Source: a virus
Reading direction: 5' to 3' (one strand)
Length of the DNA: 49,661 nt
Virus record (IMG/VR): IMGVR_UViG_3300022747_000006
Location: 1-49,661 of that record
In this document: positions 1 through 9,500 of the stretch, in pieces
Layout of the letters: the number at the start of each line of letters is the position of its first letter
Position numbering within the stretch: position 1 is the first letter of the stretch
The notes under the pieces: model-generated
What the model saw: only the letters and a program-made list of their open reading frames with translations
Databases searched by the model: none
Told to the model about the DNA's origin: nothing
Program-made: the position numbers and the translations under genes

Positions 1-127
1 CCGCTTATGGAGCAAGCACTTCATACACATCCTTGACTTCTACAACCTACACGCCGGGTAGTGGATTGGGTTTAGCTTGGAATGGTCAAACATTTGTCGC
101 CTACCTCTTTGCATCCTGCCCCGGCGT
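1..127. repeat. Terminal overlap: exact copy of 49535..49661 (circular assembly or terminal redundancy)
   Basis: Bases 1-127 (ccgcttatggagcaagcact...gcatcctgccccggcgt) recur verbatim as the last 127 bases of the window, so the unique sequence is 49534 bp. Confidence 0.95.
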
Positions 128-428
128 AAGCAAGGTGTTTAGCTACACAGGTAACGGTGGTTCACAGACAATTGGATGTGGTTTCACAGCAGGTGCTAGG
201 TTTGTTCTTATTAAACGCACCGACTCTACAGGAGATTGGTATGTTTGGGACACAGCTAGAGGCATTGTTTCTGGGAATGATCCTCATTTGAGTTTGAACA
301 CAACAGCTGCAGAAGTTACTACCGACGATACAATTGATCCAGATTCTTCTGGTTTTGTTGTTAATCAACTTGCTGCAACCAACTGTAATGTATCTGGTGC
401 AACTTATATTGGCCTGGCCGTGGCGTAA
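1..428 (+). CDS. Tail fibre protein, C-terminal part (continuation of the CDS starting at 48040)
   Basis: Same frame as 48040.. once the 49534-bp period is applied (33 equals 49567). The peptide LTSTTYTPGSGLGLAWNGQTFVAYLFASCPGV is read at both ends. Stop TAA at 426..428. The joined CDS is 1923 nt (640 aa). Confidence 0.85.
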   Translation, partial: AYGASTSYTSLTSTTYTPGSGLGLAWNGQTFVAYLFASCPGVSKVFSYTGNGGSQTIGCGFTAGARFVLIKRTDSTGDWYVWDTARGIVSGNDPHLSLNTTAAEVTTDDTIDPDSSGFVVNQLAATNCNVSGATYIGLAVA

Positions 429-452
429 GCCACCAATTGCTTAAGGAATTTT

Positions 453-953
453 ATGGAAATTTATATTACTGAAACAGGAAAGGTTGTTACAGAACAAGAG
501 TTTCGCTCTATGTATCTTAACGTATCTTTTCCTACACAACTAACAGAAGATCTCATTAACCAGTTTGGTGGTGAAGTTGTTCTGGAAGGTCCTCAAGCAA
601 CGGTGGAGCCTCCTTATCAATTCTCTCAACGCTCAGGTATTGAGAAGATTGACGGAAAATGGTTTACCAAATACATTGCTGGTCCAGTGTTTACATCCTT
701 TACAGGTGAAGATGGTGCTATTGTTACTCCTGCAGAACAAGAGAAAGCTTACAAGATTCACAAAGATTCTGAACAAGCTACGCAAGTTCGTGCAGAACGC
801 AATCGTCGCATTGCAGAACTCGATTGGACACAGGGTAAAGACATTCCAGACAACATTAGTATTCCTGCTGCTAAAGTACGACAGGAACTACGAGATGTTC
901 CTTCACAGGTAGGCTTTCCATGGACCATTGTTTGGCCTGAACTGAAAGCTTAA
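453..953 (+). CDS. Hypothetical protein, possibly tail-fibre assembly/chaperone-like
   Basis: 166-aa ORF with an AAGGA RBS, directly downstream of the fibre gene. The C-terminal RNRRIAELDWTQ...VPSQVGFPW resembles the R..L..tDW motif of fibre-assembly proteins. Confidence 0.45.
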   Translation: MEIYITETGKVVTEQEFRSMYLNVSFPTQLTEDLINQFGGEVVLEGPQATVEPPYQFSQRSGIEKIDGKWFTKYIAGPVFTSFTGEDGAIVTPAEQEKAYKIHKDSEQATQVRAERNRRIAELDWTQGKDIPDNISIPAAKVRQELRDVPSQVGFPWTIVWPELKA

Positions 954-956
954 TGT

Positions 957-1178
957 ATGGAAGAAATTAGTCATCGTGAACTTTATGATCGACTGGTTTT
1001 AGTGGAAACTGCTGTAGGAGATTTGACAACAAACACTGCTGCAATGGTTTCCGCTTTCCAAGCTGCACAAGGGGCTTTCACTGTACTAGAATGGTTGGCT
1101 AAAGTGGCTAAACCAATCCTGTATTTGGGAGCAATGGTTGGCGCTGTATATACAGCACTACATGGAATTAAACACTAA
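957..1178 (+). CDS. Small protein with a C-terminal hydrophobic segment (holin/membrane candidate)
   Basis: 73-aa ORF; the segment KPILYLGAMVGAVYTALHG is hydrophobic. Its stop overlaps the next start (TAATG). Confidence 0.4.
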   Translation: MEEISHRELYDRLVLVETAVGDLTTNTAAMVSAFQAAQGAFTVLEWLAKVAKPILYLGAMVGAVYTALHGIKH

Positions 1179-1546
1179 TGTTACTCGAAACAATCATTGG
1201 AGCACTTGTTCCCGTTGGAGTTGAAGGTATTAAACAAGCAGCAGCACGTTACTTCGGTGGCGTGCGTGCTACCACTGTTCAAGAACAAATTCAACTTGAT
1301 AACAACGAAATTGAAAAGATTAAAGCACTAGCAGCTTTGGATACACCAATTGGAACACCTTCTCAATGGGTTGTTGATTTAAGAGCTTCTGCACGATATG
1401 TAGGTGCTCTTGCAGTGATCTTTGTGGGTGTTGGCAGTTTGTTCTTGCAGGTTGATCCTAAAGTACAAGCCATTGCTTTAGAAGCAGCCAACATTGCATT
1501 TGGTTTCCTGTTTGGTTCTCGTATTGTTGCTAATCTGAGGAAATAA
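1178..1546 (+). CDS. Membrane protein, possible holin
   Basis: 122 aa with hydrophobic segments (IIGALVPVGV, YVGALAVIFVGVGSLFL, ANIAFGFLFG). Translationally coupled to 957..1178. Confidence 0.4.
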   Translation: MLLETIIGALVPVGVEGIKQAAARYFGGVRATTVQEQIQLDNNEIEKIKALAALDTPIGTPSQWVVDLRASARYVGALAVIFVGVGSLFLQVDPKVQAIALEAANIAFGFLFGSRIVANLRK

Positions 1547-1547
1547 T

Positions 1548-2246
1548 ATGACCACTCTTTGGAAACTAAATAAAGATGAAGTTATTACAGCAGCTCTTCG
1601 TAAGCTTGCTGTTTTGTCTGGGGGCACTACTCCCCAAACATATCAAGTGTCTGATGCTACACAAGCATTGAACGCTATGGTTAAAGGCTTTCAAGTTGAC
1701 GGTATGCCTGTATGGGCAATGAAGAGTTTTACATTCAACGTCATTGAAGGTCAACCCCAATATGTCATTGGAGAAGGACAGGCACTAGATACTTCTGCTC
1801 CATTGAAAGTTACGCAAGCATGGCGTACACAGGGAGATAACACAGCAAACATTCCTATGAATGTCTATACAGATTACAACTACAATCTGTTGCCTCTGTC
1901 AGTTTCTTCTGGTACACCTGTTAATCTGTATTATCAGCCTTTTGGTGCTACGGGTAATATCAACCTATGGCCCATCCCTAATGATGACACTGTAACCATT
2001 ACAATGCGTTATCAGCGTCCATTTACTGATATGGTTGATGCTACAGATGATTTTGATTTTCCGTCTTATTGGACAGAAGCTCTTATTTATGGCTTGGCTG
2101 ATCGTCTTGCTCCTGAATATGGTTTGCCTCTTCAGGATCGTTCTGCACTGAAAGCAGAAGCAAAAGATTTCCATGAACAGGCATTGAGCTTTGGTACAGA
2201 AGAAGGCGGATTGTTTTTCCAACCAGATTGGTCAGGACGTAGATAA
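1548..2246 (+). CDS. Putative head-to-tail adaptor / tail tubular A-like protein
   Basis: 232-aa ORF with a GAGGA RBS. It sits just before a large nozzle-like protein and the internal proteins, as in T7-type gene order. The call rests on position and size only. Confidence 0.4.
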   Translation: MTTLWKLNKDEVITAALRKLAVLSGGTTPQTYQVSDATQALNAMVKGFQVDGMPVWAMKSFTFNVIEGQPQYVIGEGQALDTSAPLKVTQAWRTQGDNTANIPMNVYTDYNYNLLPLSVSSGTPVNLYYQPFGATGNINLWPIPNDDTVTITMRYQRPFTDMVDATDDFDFPSYWTEALIYGLADRLAPEYGLPLQDRSALKAEAKDFHEQALSFGTEEGGLFFQPDWSGRR

Positions 2247-2249
2247 AAT

Positions 2250-3869
2250 ATGCCATATAGCAAAACTCCAGTAGTTTCTACTTATGACACAAAACGTATT
2301 CACTTCTTGTCGAATCCGTTGCAACGTAGTAGTGACGCAAACCAAGACTTTCGTCTTGTAAATATGATGACTGAGATGGTAGCTTCTGCTCAAACCACTC
2401 GTCAGTACATTAAAAGTCGTCCGGGACTTAACCTGACATTTCAGACTACTGCTGGAGTTAGCAGAGGGTTTTATTATTGGGTGTTTGGCGGTACTGGCTT
2501 TGCCATGTCCGTTGTGGGTAACAAAGTGTACAGCAACAGTACATTGGTACTTACCCTAGCAACATCTACAGGAGATTGTGGATTTACTGAGTTTGTGCAT
2601 TCTGATGCTGCAGACCAACTTATTTTGGTAGACGGTGTTGATGGATATGTTTTCACATCTCCTACAGCTTATACTAAAATCTCTATTGATAATACTGCTA
2701 TATGGACTGGTACACATGCCTATATTTCTAATGATTTGGTTCGTCCTACAACAAGTACAGGATTGATTTATCGTTGCACTGTTGCAGGTACTTCTGGTTC
2801 CACAGAACCTACTTGGCCTACAACAGAAGGAGCCACTGTTACAGATGGTACAGTTACTTGGGTGTCTGAAGCCTTTGCGTTTCCCTCTCCACATGTACCA
2901 GCTCCAATCTTTATGGACGGCTACCTCTTCTTGGCTAAAGCAGGTTCACAAGACGTGTATAATAGCAATCTAGATGATCCATTCAACTGGACTCCTGGAG
3001 ACTTCTTTACTGCTGAAATGTATCCAGATCGCATTGTTACATTGTCCAAGAACAACAACTATTTGTATGCCATTGGAACAAACAGTGTGGAATATCTGTA
3101 TGATGCTGCAAACCCCATTGGAAGTCCGTTAGCTCGACAACAGGGTGCTGTGCAACAGTTTGGTTGTACGGCTGCTGGAACTGCTGTGCAAACCGAGAAG
3201 CAGGTTATCTTTGTAGGTAAAACTGGCAATGGTGGCTACACTGTGTGGACCATTGACGGTTTTAATGCAACAGAGATTGGTATTCCTGCTGTTAAATACT
3301 CTCTCCTTGCAGAAGGTTTGAACTTGGTTAATGCTAATGCTTTCTGTATTCGGGTTGCTGCACAGAAACTTTATGTTTTGTGTTTGTCTTCTCGTACATG
3401 GGTGTACAGCTTTGATACACAGATGTGGAGTGAATGGGATTCTAATAGCAATCCTTTCATTTGTGATTTTGGTAGTGATGGTCCAGGTGGTGAAGCCTAT
3501 TTGCTAGATAAATCATCTGGCAACATTTACATCATGGATGAAACCTTCTTGACAGACAACGGTAGCCCTATTATATGCTCAGTCACTTCTAGTAAACTAG
3601 ACTTTGACAGCATGAATCGAAAGTTTATGTCTCGACTTACCATCATTGGTGATGTTCCTGACAACTCACTGACTTCTGTGAATGTGCAGTGGTCTGATGA
3701 TGACTACAAGACGTGGAGTGCTAATAGAGCACTAAACTTTAATGCTGATTTGCCTTCGTTGTTTCAGCTTGGAACCTTCCGTAGACGCGCATTGAAACTC
3801 ACCTATTCTGCTCCCTACCTTTTCCGTATTGAGGGAATTGAGGTAGATATTAACAAAGGAGCTAGGTAA
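2250..3869 (+). CDS. Putative tail tubular B / nozzle-like protein
   Basis: 539-aa beta-rich ORF between the adaptor-like gene and the internal virion protein genes. Positional inference. Confidence 0.4.
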   Translation: MPYSKTPVVSTYDTKRIHFLSNPLQRSSDANQDFRLVNMMTEMVASAQTTRQYIKSRPGLNLTFQTTAGVSRGFYYWVFGGTGFAMSVVGNKVYSNSTLVLTLATSTGDCGFTEFVHSDAADQLILVDGVDGYVFTSPTAYTKISIDNTAIWTGTHAYISNDLVRPTTSTGLIYRCTVAGTSGSTEPTWPTTEGATVTDGTVTWVSEAFAFPSPHVPAPIFMDGYLFLAKAGSQDVYNSNLDDPFNWTPGDFFTAEMYPDRIVTLSKNNNYLYAIGTNSVEYLYDAANPIGSPLARQQGAVQQFGCTAAGTAVQTEKQVIFVGKTGNGGYTVWTIDGFNATEIGIPAVKYSLLAEGLNLVNANAFCIRVAAQKLYVLCLSSRTWVYSFDTQMWSEWDSNSNPFICDFGSDGPGGEAYLLDKSSGNIYIMDETFLTDNGSPIICSVTSSKLDFDSMNRKFMSRLTIIGDVPDNSLTSVNVQWSDDDYKTWSANRALNFNADLPSLFQLGTFRRRALKLTYSAPYLFRIEGIEVDINKGAR

Positions 3870-4108
3870 TGATTACTCCACCACCCCTTAAAGCAGACTT
3901 TCAAGAGTTTGTTTGGAAAGAATGGTTTAATAGAGTTTATGATATGCTTAAGGGCAGTGCAGAAAACTCAATGGTTGTGTCTTCTGCAGATCCTTCTACT
4001 ACAACCCTTCCTACAGGAACATGGGCAGTTTATAAAAACACTTCTACCGGAACTGTTAAGCTCTGGGCAAACGATAACGGAACTCTTAAATCCGTTACTT
4101 TAACATAA
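3869..4108 (+). CDS. Hypothetical small virion-module protein
   Basis: 79-aa ORF; the ATG overlaps the preceding stop (TAATG). Confidence 0.45.
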   Translation: MITPPPLKADFQEFVWKEWFNRVYDMLKGSAENSMVVSSADPSTTTLPTGTWAVYKNTSTGTVKLWANDNGTLKSVTLT

Positions 4109-4117
4109 AGGTTACAA

Positions 4118-5569
4118 ATGGCTGATACTCTTCCGTCGCTTAATACCAGTCTCCTGAAGAATACTCCCACAGGATATGACCAAACAATTCAGCAGTATAC
4201 TGATGCTGCTGGAAATGTTTATACTCCCAATTATGGTGGAGAGATGAACACCCTTATGGGGTATACTGGTGCTGCCAAACTCGGCAATGCCAATATTAAT
4301 GCTAACTATGATGCTGCTGGAAACTTTACGGGTGGATATGGCACTACCTTAACCAACATTAATGGTAAAGATTACGGCACACAGTATGATGCGAGTGGTA
4401 AAGCTACTTATTTTGTCCCACAAACTTCTGGACTGTTGGCTGATCTTGCCCCAGTAATTGGAATGGTTGCGATGGCTTTTGGTGCTCCAATGCTAGGTAA
4501 TCTTATCTCAACTACTACGGGTCTTACAGGAGCTTCTTTGGCTGCTGCTACTGGTGCAACAATGGGTGCAGGAACTGCTGCTCTTACTGGTCAAGACATT
4601 GCTAAAGGCGCTGTCCTTGGTGGAGCAGCTGGTTGGGCTGGCAATACTATGTTTGGTCCTTCCACAACTACTACATCTGGTTTGACAGATGCTGCAGGTA
4701 ATGCTGTGGCTACTCCAAGCGATTTCTTTCCCATTGGTGGTGCAGGAAATGCCAACCTTACTCCTGCAGCTTTGGAATCAGGCCTTGGTACTCCAGGCTA
4801 TGGCTTTAATGCTGGTGCTGCTGCTAGTGGCTTGTTTAATCCGGATGTAATTGGTGCTGGTGCAAATCAAGACTTCTCTCTTGATAATATCAACTATAGT
4901 AATGAGGGTCGCAATTATCCAACACCAGATAGCACACAGGGCACTGGTGGTAGTCCTGTAAATGCTTCTACTGCTACTACAAACGGTTTGCCCTTTGTTC
5001 CAGTGACTCCAGGGGTAACTACTGGTGGTGGTACGGTAACTGGTGGTGGAACTGGTGGAGGCTTTCCTCCAGGTTCTTTGGGTGGAGGTGGAACGGGAAC
5101 AGGTACGACAGATACCAATTGGGCAGGTTTGGCTGCAGGCCTGTATGATATGTATGCCAAGAATAAGATGGCAGATGCGTGGCAAGCACAGTTGGATAAA
5201 GTTAACAAAGGTATTGAAGGTTTGTATGCCCCAGGCAGTCCAGAATATCAAGCATTGTGGCAAGACATGTCCCGTAAAGATGCTGCTGCTGGACGTAATA
5301 GCCAGTATGGTGTTCGTGCTGTAGACTTGGCTGGTAAGATTGCTCCAATTAAAACAAACGCTATGGTACAGTCTCTTGGTCCTACAACTACAATGATGCA
5401 GAATCAACTGTCTAATCAATATGGTGGTTTGAACAGTTTGTTCTACGGTGCTGGTTCTAACAATGCTCTAAATACTGCCATTAATTCTGGTGTAAACTCT
5501 CTGGTGAACACTGGAGTGGATGCTGCTAAACAGGGCTTAAGTTCTTTGGCAGATTGGGTTGGAGGTTAA
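4118..5569 (+). CDS. Gly/Ala/Thr-rich internal virion (ejection) protein candidate
   Basis: 483 aa with hydrophobic Gly/Ala stretches (LAPVIGMVAMAFGAPMLGNL..., AGTAALTG) and a poly-Gly/Thr tract (TGGGTVTGGGTGGGFPPGSLGGGGTGTGTT). First of three genes in the position of podovirus internal proteins. Confidence 0.5.
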   Translation: MADTLPSLNTSLLKNTPTGYDQTIQQYTDAAGNVYTPNYGGEMNTLMGYTGAAKLGNANINANYDAAGNFTGGYGTTLTNINGKDYGTQYDASGKATYFVPQTSGLLADLAPVIGMVAMAFGAPMLGNLISTTTGLTGASLAAATGATMGAGTAALTGQDIAKGAVLGGAAGWAGNTMFGPSTTTTSGLTDAAGNAVATPSDFFPIGGAGNANLTPAALESGLGTPGYGFNAGAAASGLFNPDVIGAGANQDFSLDNINYSNEGRNYPTPDSTQGTGGSPVNASTATTNGLPFVPVTPGVTTGGGTVTGGGTGGGFPPGSLGGGGTGTGTTDTNWAGLAAGLYDMYAKNKMADAWQAQLDKVNKGIEGLYAPGSPEYQALWQDMSRKDAAAGRNSQYGVRAVDLAGKIAPIKTNAMVQSLGPTTTMMQNQLSNQYGGLNSLFYGAGSNNALNTAINSGVNSLVNTGVDAAKQGLSSLADWVGG

Positions 5570-5572
5570 TAT

Positions 5573-6541
5573 ATGGATACACAAACACTTGCCCAACTAC
5601 TGGGTCCTGCCGGCGCTTCTTATGCTCTTGGGCAACAAGTGGCAGATTCTCGAAAAGAGGCAGAAAGCCAACAAGCTCTTCGTAAAGCTCAGATGGATGA
5701 AATCTTGCAAAAGACAGAGGCAGCTAAACAAATGCAGCCTTATGATGTGCAAGCTAAACAAGCATCTATTTTGAAGTCTCAACTAGAGAATGCTGCTAAA
5801 CAGAGTGACCATCTTGGTAACATTATGGGACAAGCTGCTACATTCTTGGAGACAGTTCCTGCTGCTCCCGGTGCTCGTCAAGCAATGCTTCAACAGTTCT
5901 TCCAAAGTCATGGAATGGATGCAAGCAATCCTCAAGCAGCACAGATGCTTCAACAGCTGTCTCAAATTCCGGGTGATCAGCTACCTCAAACACTTAGTAA
6001 ACTTCGTGATGGATTTATCCAGAAAGGTGCTGACTTTCAGAAGGCTATGGCTACTGCCAATGTTCAGAAAGAATCTCATCTTGAAGGCATTAAGATGCAG
6101 ACTGAGCAACAAGCACGTAATCAAGAATCACAGAATAAAGCCCATTTGCAGGGCATTAGTATGCAGGTTCAAGGACAGAAAGATGTTACCCAGATGAACA
6201 TTGATGCTGGTAAGTTTAACAAGGGTGGAGGTGCTACAGCATCCGCTTCCTTGCTTAAAGCTACTCCAGACAAACGCTTGGGTGCTGTTAAGGCCATCTT
6301 GGAGGCGGGTATTAATCCTGACTCTAAAGAACCTCTTACAGCCACAGAACGTATGTTCTATGAAAACATGTACAATCAAGATGTACAAACAATGAATGCC
6401 CAACTGGCAGCACGTCAACAGCAAGGTGTTATGCCTCAGGTTGCTCCGGGTGGTGGTATTCAATTGCAAAATAAAGCTCCTGTACAGCTCGGTGGACCGG
6501 CAACGCAACCACAGCTTCCTGCAGGATGGACAATGAAATAA
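5573..6541 (+). CDS. Gln-rich coiled-coil internal virion protein candidate
   Basis: 322 aa, rich in Q/A/K; located between two other internal-protein candidates. Confidence 0.45.
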   Translation: MDTQTLAQLLGPAGASYALGQQVADSRKEAESQQALRKAQMDEILQKTEAAKQMQPYDVQAKQASILKSQLENAAKQSDHLGNIMGQAATFLETVPAAPGARQAMLQQFFQSHGMDASNPQAAQMLQQLSQIPGDQLPQTLSKLRDGFIQKGADFQKAMATANVQKESHLEGIKMQTEQQARNQESQNKAHLQGISMQVQGQKDVTQMNIDAGKFNKGGGATASASLLKATPDKRLGAVKAILEAGINPDSKEPLTATERMFYENMYNQDVQTMNAQLAARQQQGVMPQVAPGGGIQLQNKAPVQLGGPATQPQLPAGWTMK

Positions 6542-6553
6542 TTAAGGATTTTT

Positions 6554-9500
6554 ATGCCTACGTTTTCTTATAAAGGTTATGATTTTGAAGTGGCACATCA
6601 GCCTACTGCTGAAGAATTTGCCCAAATGTCTGCCTATGTAGATACTTTGCCTCCTAAAGAGACTAAGGCAAAACTCAATCCTGATGAATTGTTCCACGAA
6701 CTCAGCCAGAAAGGTAAAAACTGGACGGCTGGGTTGCAAGGAGCTGCTGAAACTGGTTTGTCTTTGGCCACTGGCGCTGCTGCTATGCCCGGTGGTGCCA
6801 TTGCTTCTGGCTTGTCTCAGCTTACACAGAATCCTTTCGGTGTTGAGCAGGGCATGGAAGCCCTGACATACGAACCTCGTACTGAACTGGGTAAGGAGTT
6901 TACAAACAAGGCTGGTGAAGCTATTAGCCGTTATGTGGTTCCTGCTGCTGTGGCTGTACAAGGTTTGCCCTATGCCAATACTCTGGCACCTGCTGCAGAA
7001 GCCCTTGCAGGCTCGTTAAAGCGTGCAGGTAAGGCTACCCCTAAGGCCGTGGCTAAAGAGCCCGTTAAAGGGCTTTCTACGGCCTTGGATGAGCTTTCTG
7101 GTAAGACTCCTGAGGTGGTTGATCCCATGGCAGAGTTTTACAAGCAACAAGCACAGGAAAAACAGCAACAAGCTATTGCTCAACAGCAACGAGCTGGTGA
7201 ACAGCCTATCACCGTAGACACTCAAGGTCGTGCTTCCACTTTGGGTGCAACAGGTCCTTTGGAACCCGTCTCTCCTATGGAATCGATGGCTCGTCAACTA
7301 GGTGCTGAACCGGCTTCGCCAGAAGCCACTCCCATGAGTCGTATGGCTTCTGATTTGACTGCAGAACGGTCTACTCCAGAACAACGTGCTGTTCAAGAAC
7401 GTATTGATGCTCGTAATGCTGCTCAAGAAGCGGAATTGCGTCAACAAATGGCTCTCGATATTAATGCAGAGCGCTATCGCAATCGTGAGAATGCTCCTAC
7501 AGGTTATGCAGAACATGTTCAAGGTGAAGAACAGCGAGCCCATGACTTGCGTGTACAACGCGACAGTGAAATGGCTCAACGTGCTGGTCAAGGTGAACAA
7601 GCCAATTTGTGGGAACCACACACAAACATGGCACGTCCTTACACAGAAGTGTTTGCTCAAGAACAAGGAAAGGTTCGTCCTTTTTCGTTCAATGAGTTTA
7701 AAACTACTCTGGACAATTTGGCTAAAGAACCAGGCACTGCCTTTAAGATGCCTGAAGACTTGAAAGCGGCTTATCACGAATATCTTGCACATCCCGAACA
7801 CGGTCAACAAGACCTATTTGGTGCACACACAGTTGAGCAAAAACCTAGTCACGTTCCTTATGGCGAATTGTCTCCCCAAAAGCGCGGGGCAATGACTAAG
7901 CAAGCTAAGAATGGCAAAACCATTTCTGATGCTATGTTGGAACGTATGCGTATTGAGGAGCTATCTGGTAAAGATGGTATTACAAAAATGAATGCCATGA
8001 TGCCTGATGATTTTCTTAAGAAATTCCCAGGTTTCTCCGCTTCTAAACTGCGTGATCCGTCGGGTCAATTGCGTGTCATGTATCATGGTACGTCCAAAGA
8101 TAAAATCTTTCAAGAAGTCAAAGCAGGAAATCGTGGTGCATGGTTGACAGGAGACCCCACAAGCGCTTCTGAATATGCTAAACAAAATGATAGTCAAAAA
8201 CTTGTCTATGAAAACGGTCGTTATAATGAAGTAAATACTGCTTCACGTGTCATGCCTGTATACGTCAATCTTAAAAATCCGTACACTCTATCGGCTTCAG
8301 ACACTGCTGCATATCGAACAGCAAAGTCCTATGCCAAATTCCAAAAAGATCTGACCGATCGAGTAAAACGTGAAGGATATGATGGCATTGATTGGGGCTA
8401 TGATGTGTACACTGTGTTTGACGGAAGTCAGATCAAGTCCGCCATTGCTCCTGAAACAAAGACGCCAAAGATCATAGAAATGCGTTCTGGTTTTACTGCC
8501 GAAGACATGCATCTGTCACAGTTGCTGCATAAGTTTGGTGGCCCATCCCCAATGAATAACATTCCTGGGATTGGTGATCGTCTTAAGTCTATTGGTAATG
8601 CTCGTATTGAAACTCCAGAATTGGCCATTAAGCTGGCTAAGGAAGTTCCTGATGTTTCTCAGAATGCTGCACAACGTGCCATTAACTATCTGACTAAAGG
8701 TGGTATCTACCTTAAAGCTAAACTGAATAATCCAGTGGTTCATTTCACTGTTGATCGTTTTATTAAAGCGGAAGGGCTTGCTAAAGCAGAGATTTCCCAG
8801 AAACTACATGGTGAATATTTAACAACCTTGCGGGATTTGTCTAAACAGGAATACAAGACTGCTTTTGAACTGTTAAATGTGGCTGACTTGTATAAGAAAG
8901 AACTTACTCCTGAGTTCTTAACTGAACATACTATTTCTCCCAAAGTGCAAGAGTTTATTCAATTGCATCAGTCTATGATGAAAAAGGCTTTGGACAAGAT
9001 TAACCAAGTACGTGAAGCAGCAGGTAAAAAGCCCATTCAAGCCCGTGTGGCATATTCAGCAATGAACATGACGGGAGACTTCCGTAAGGTAGTTCGTAAA
9101 GATGGTGAGGTTGTTGGTGTCATTGGTGCTAACAGCAAAACTATTGGTAAGAACTCCTTGTCTAAGCTGGAAACTTCTCTGAAACAGAAAGATCCTACAC
9201 TGGAGTTTGGTCCTCTGCAAGATATGTCTGCTGTGAATCGTTCCAATAAAGGAACTCCTCATGAGGCTTTCCTAGATGCACTAAATATTCTTGGTGAAGA
9301 CAATCCCAACATTGCACAATTCCTAGACACGTTGAAAGAAGTGGCTAAGGACGATCCTAACAACTACATGGGTATGCAGAAGCACACCATGCAGAAGAAA
9401 GGTGTCTTTGGCATGGAAGGTCGCAAGCCTTGGATGACTACAGAAGAAAATGCTACAGCGTTCTTTGAGAACCAAGTTAAATACTTGGAAAGTTCTTTCA

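Noticed and set aside
1-127. The 127-bp end repeat as a genuine direct terminal repeat of the virion DNA
   Set aside because: It falls in the middle of an intact tail-fibre reading frame, and its length equals a standard maximum assembler k-mer. It is more parsimoniously an overlap produced by circular assembly.
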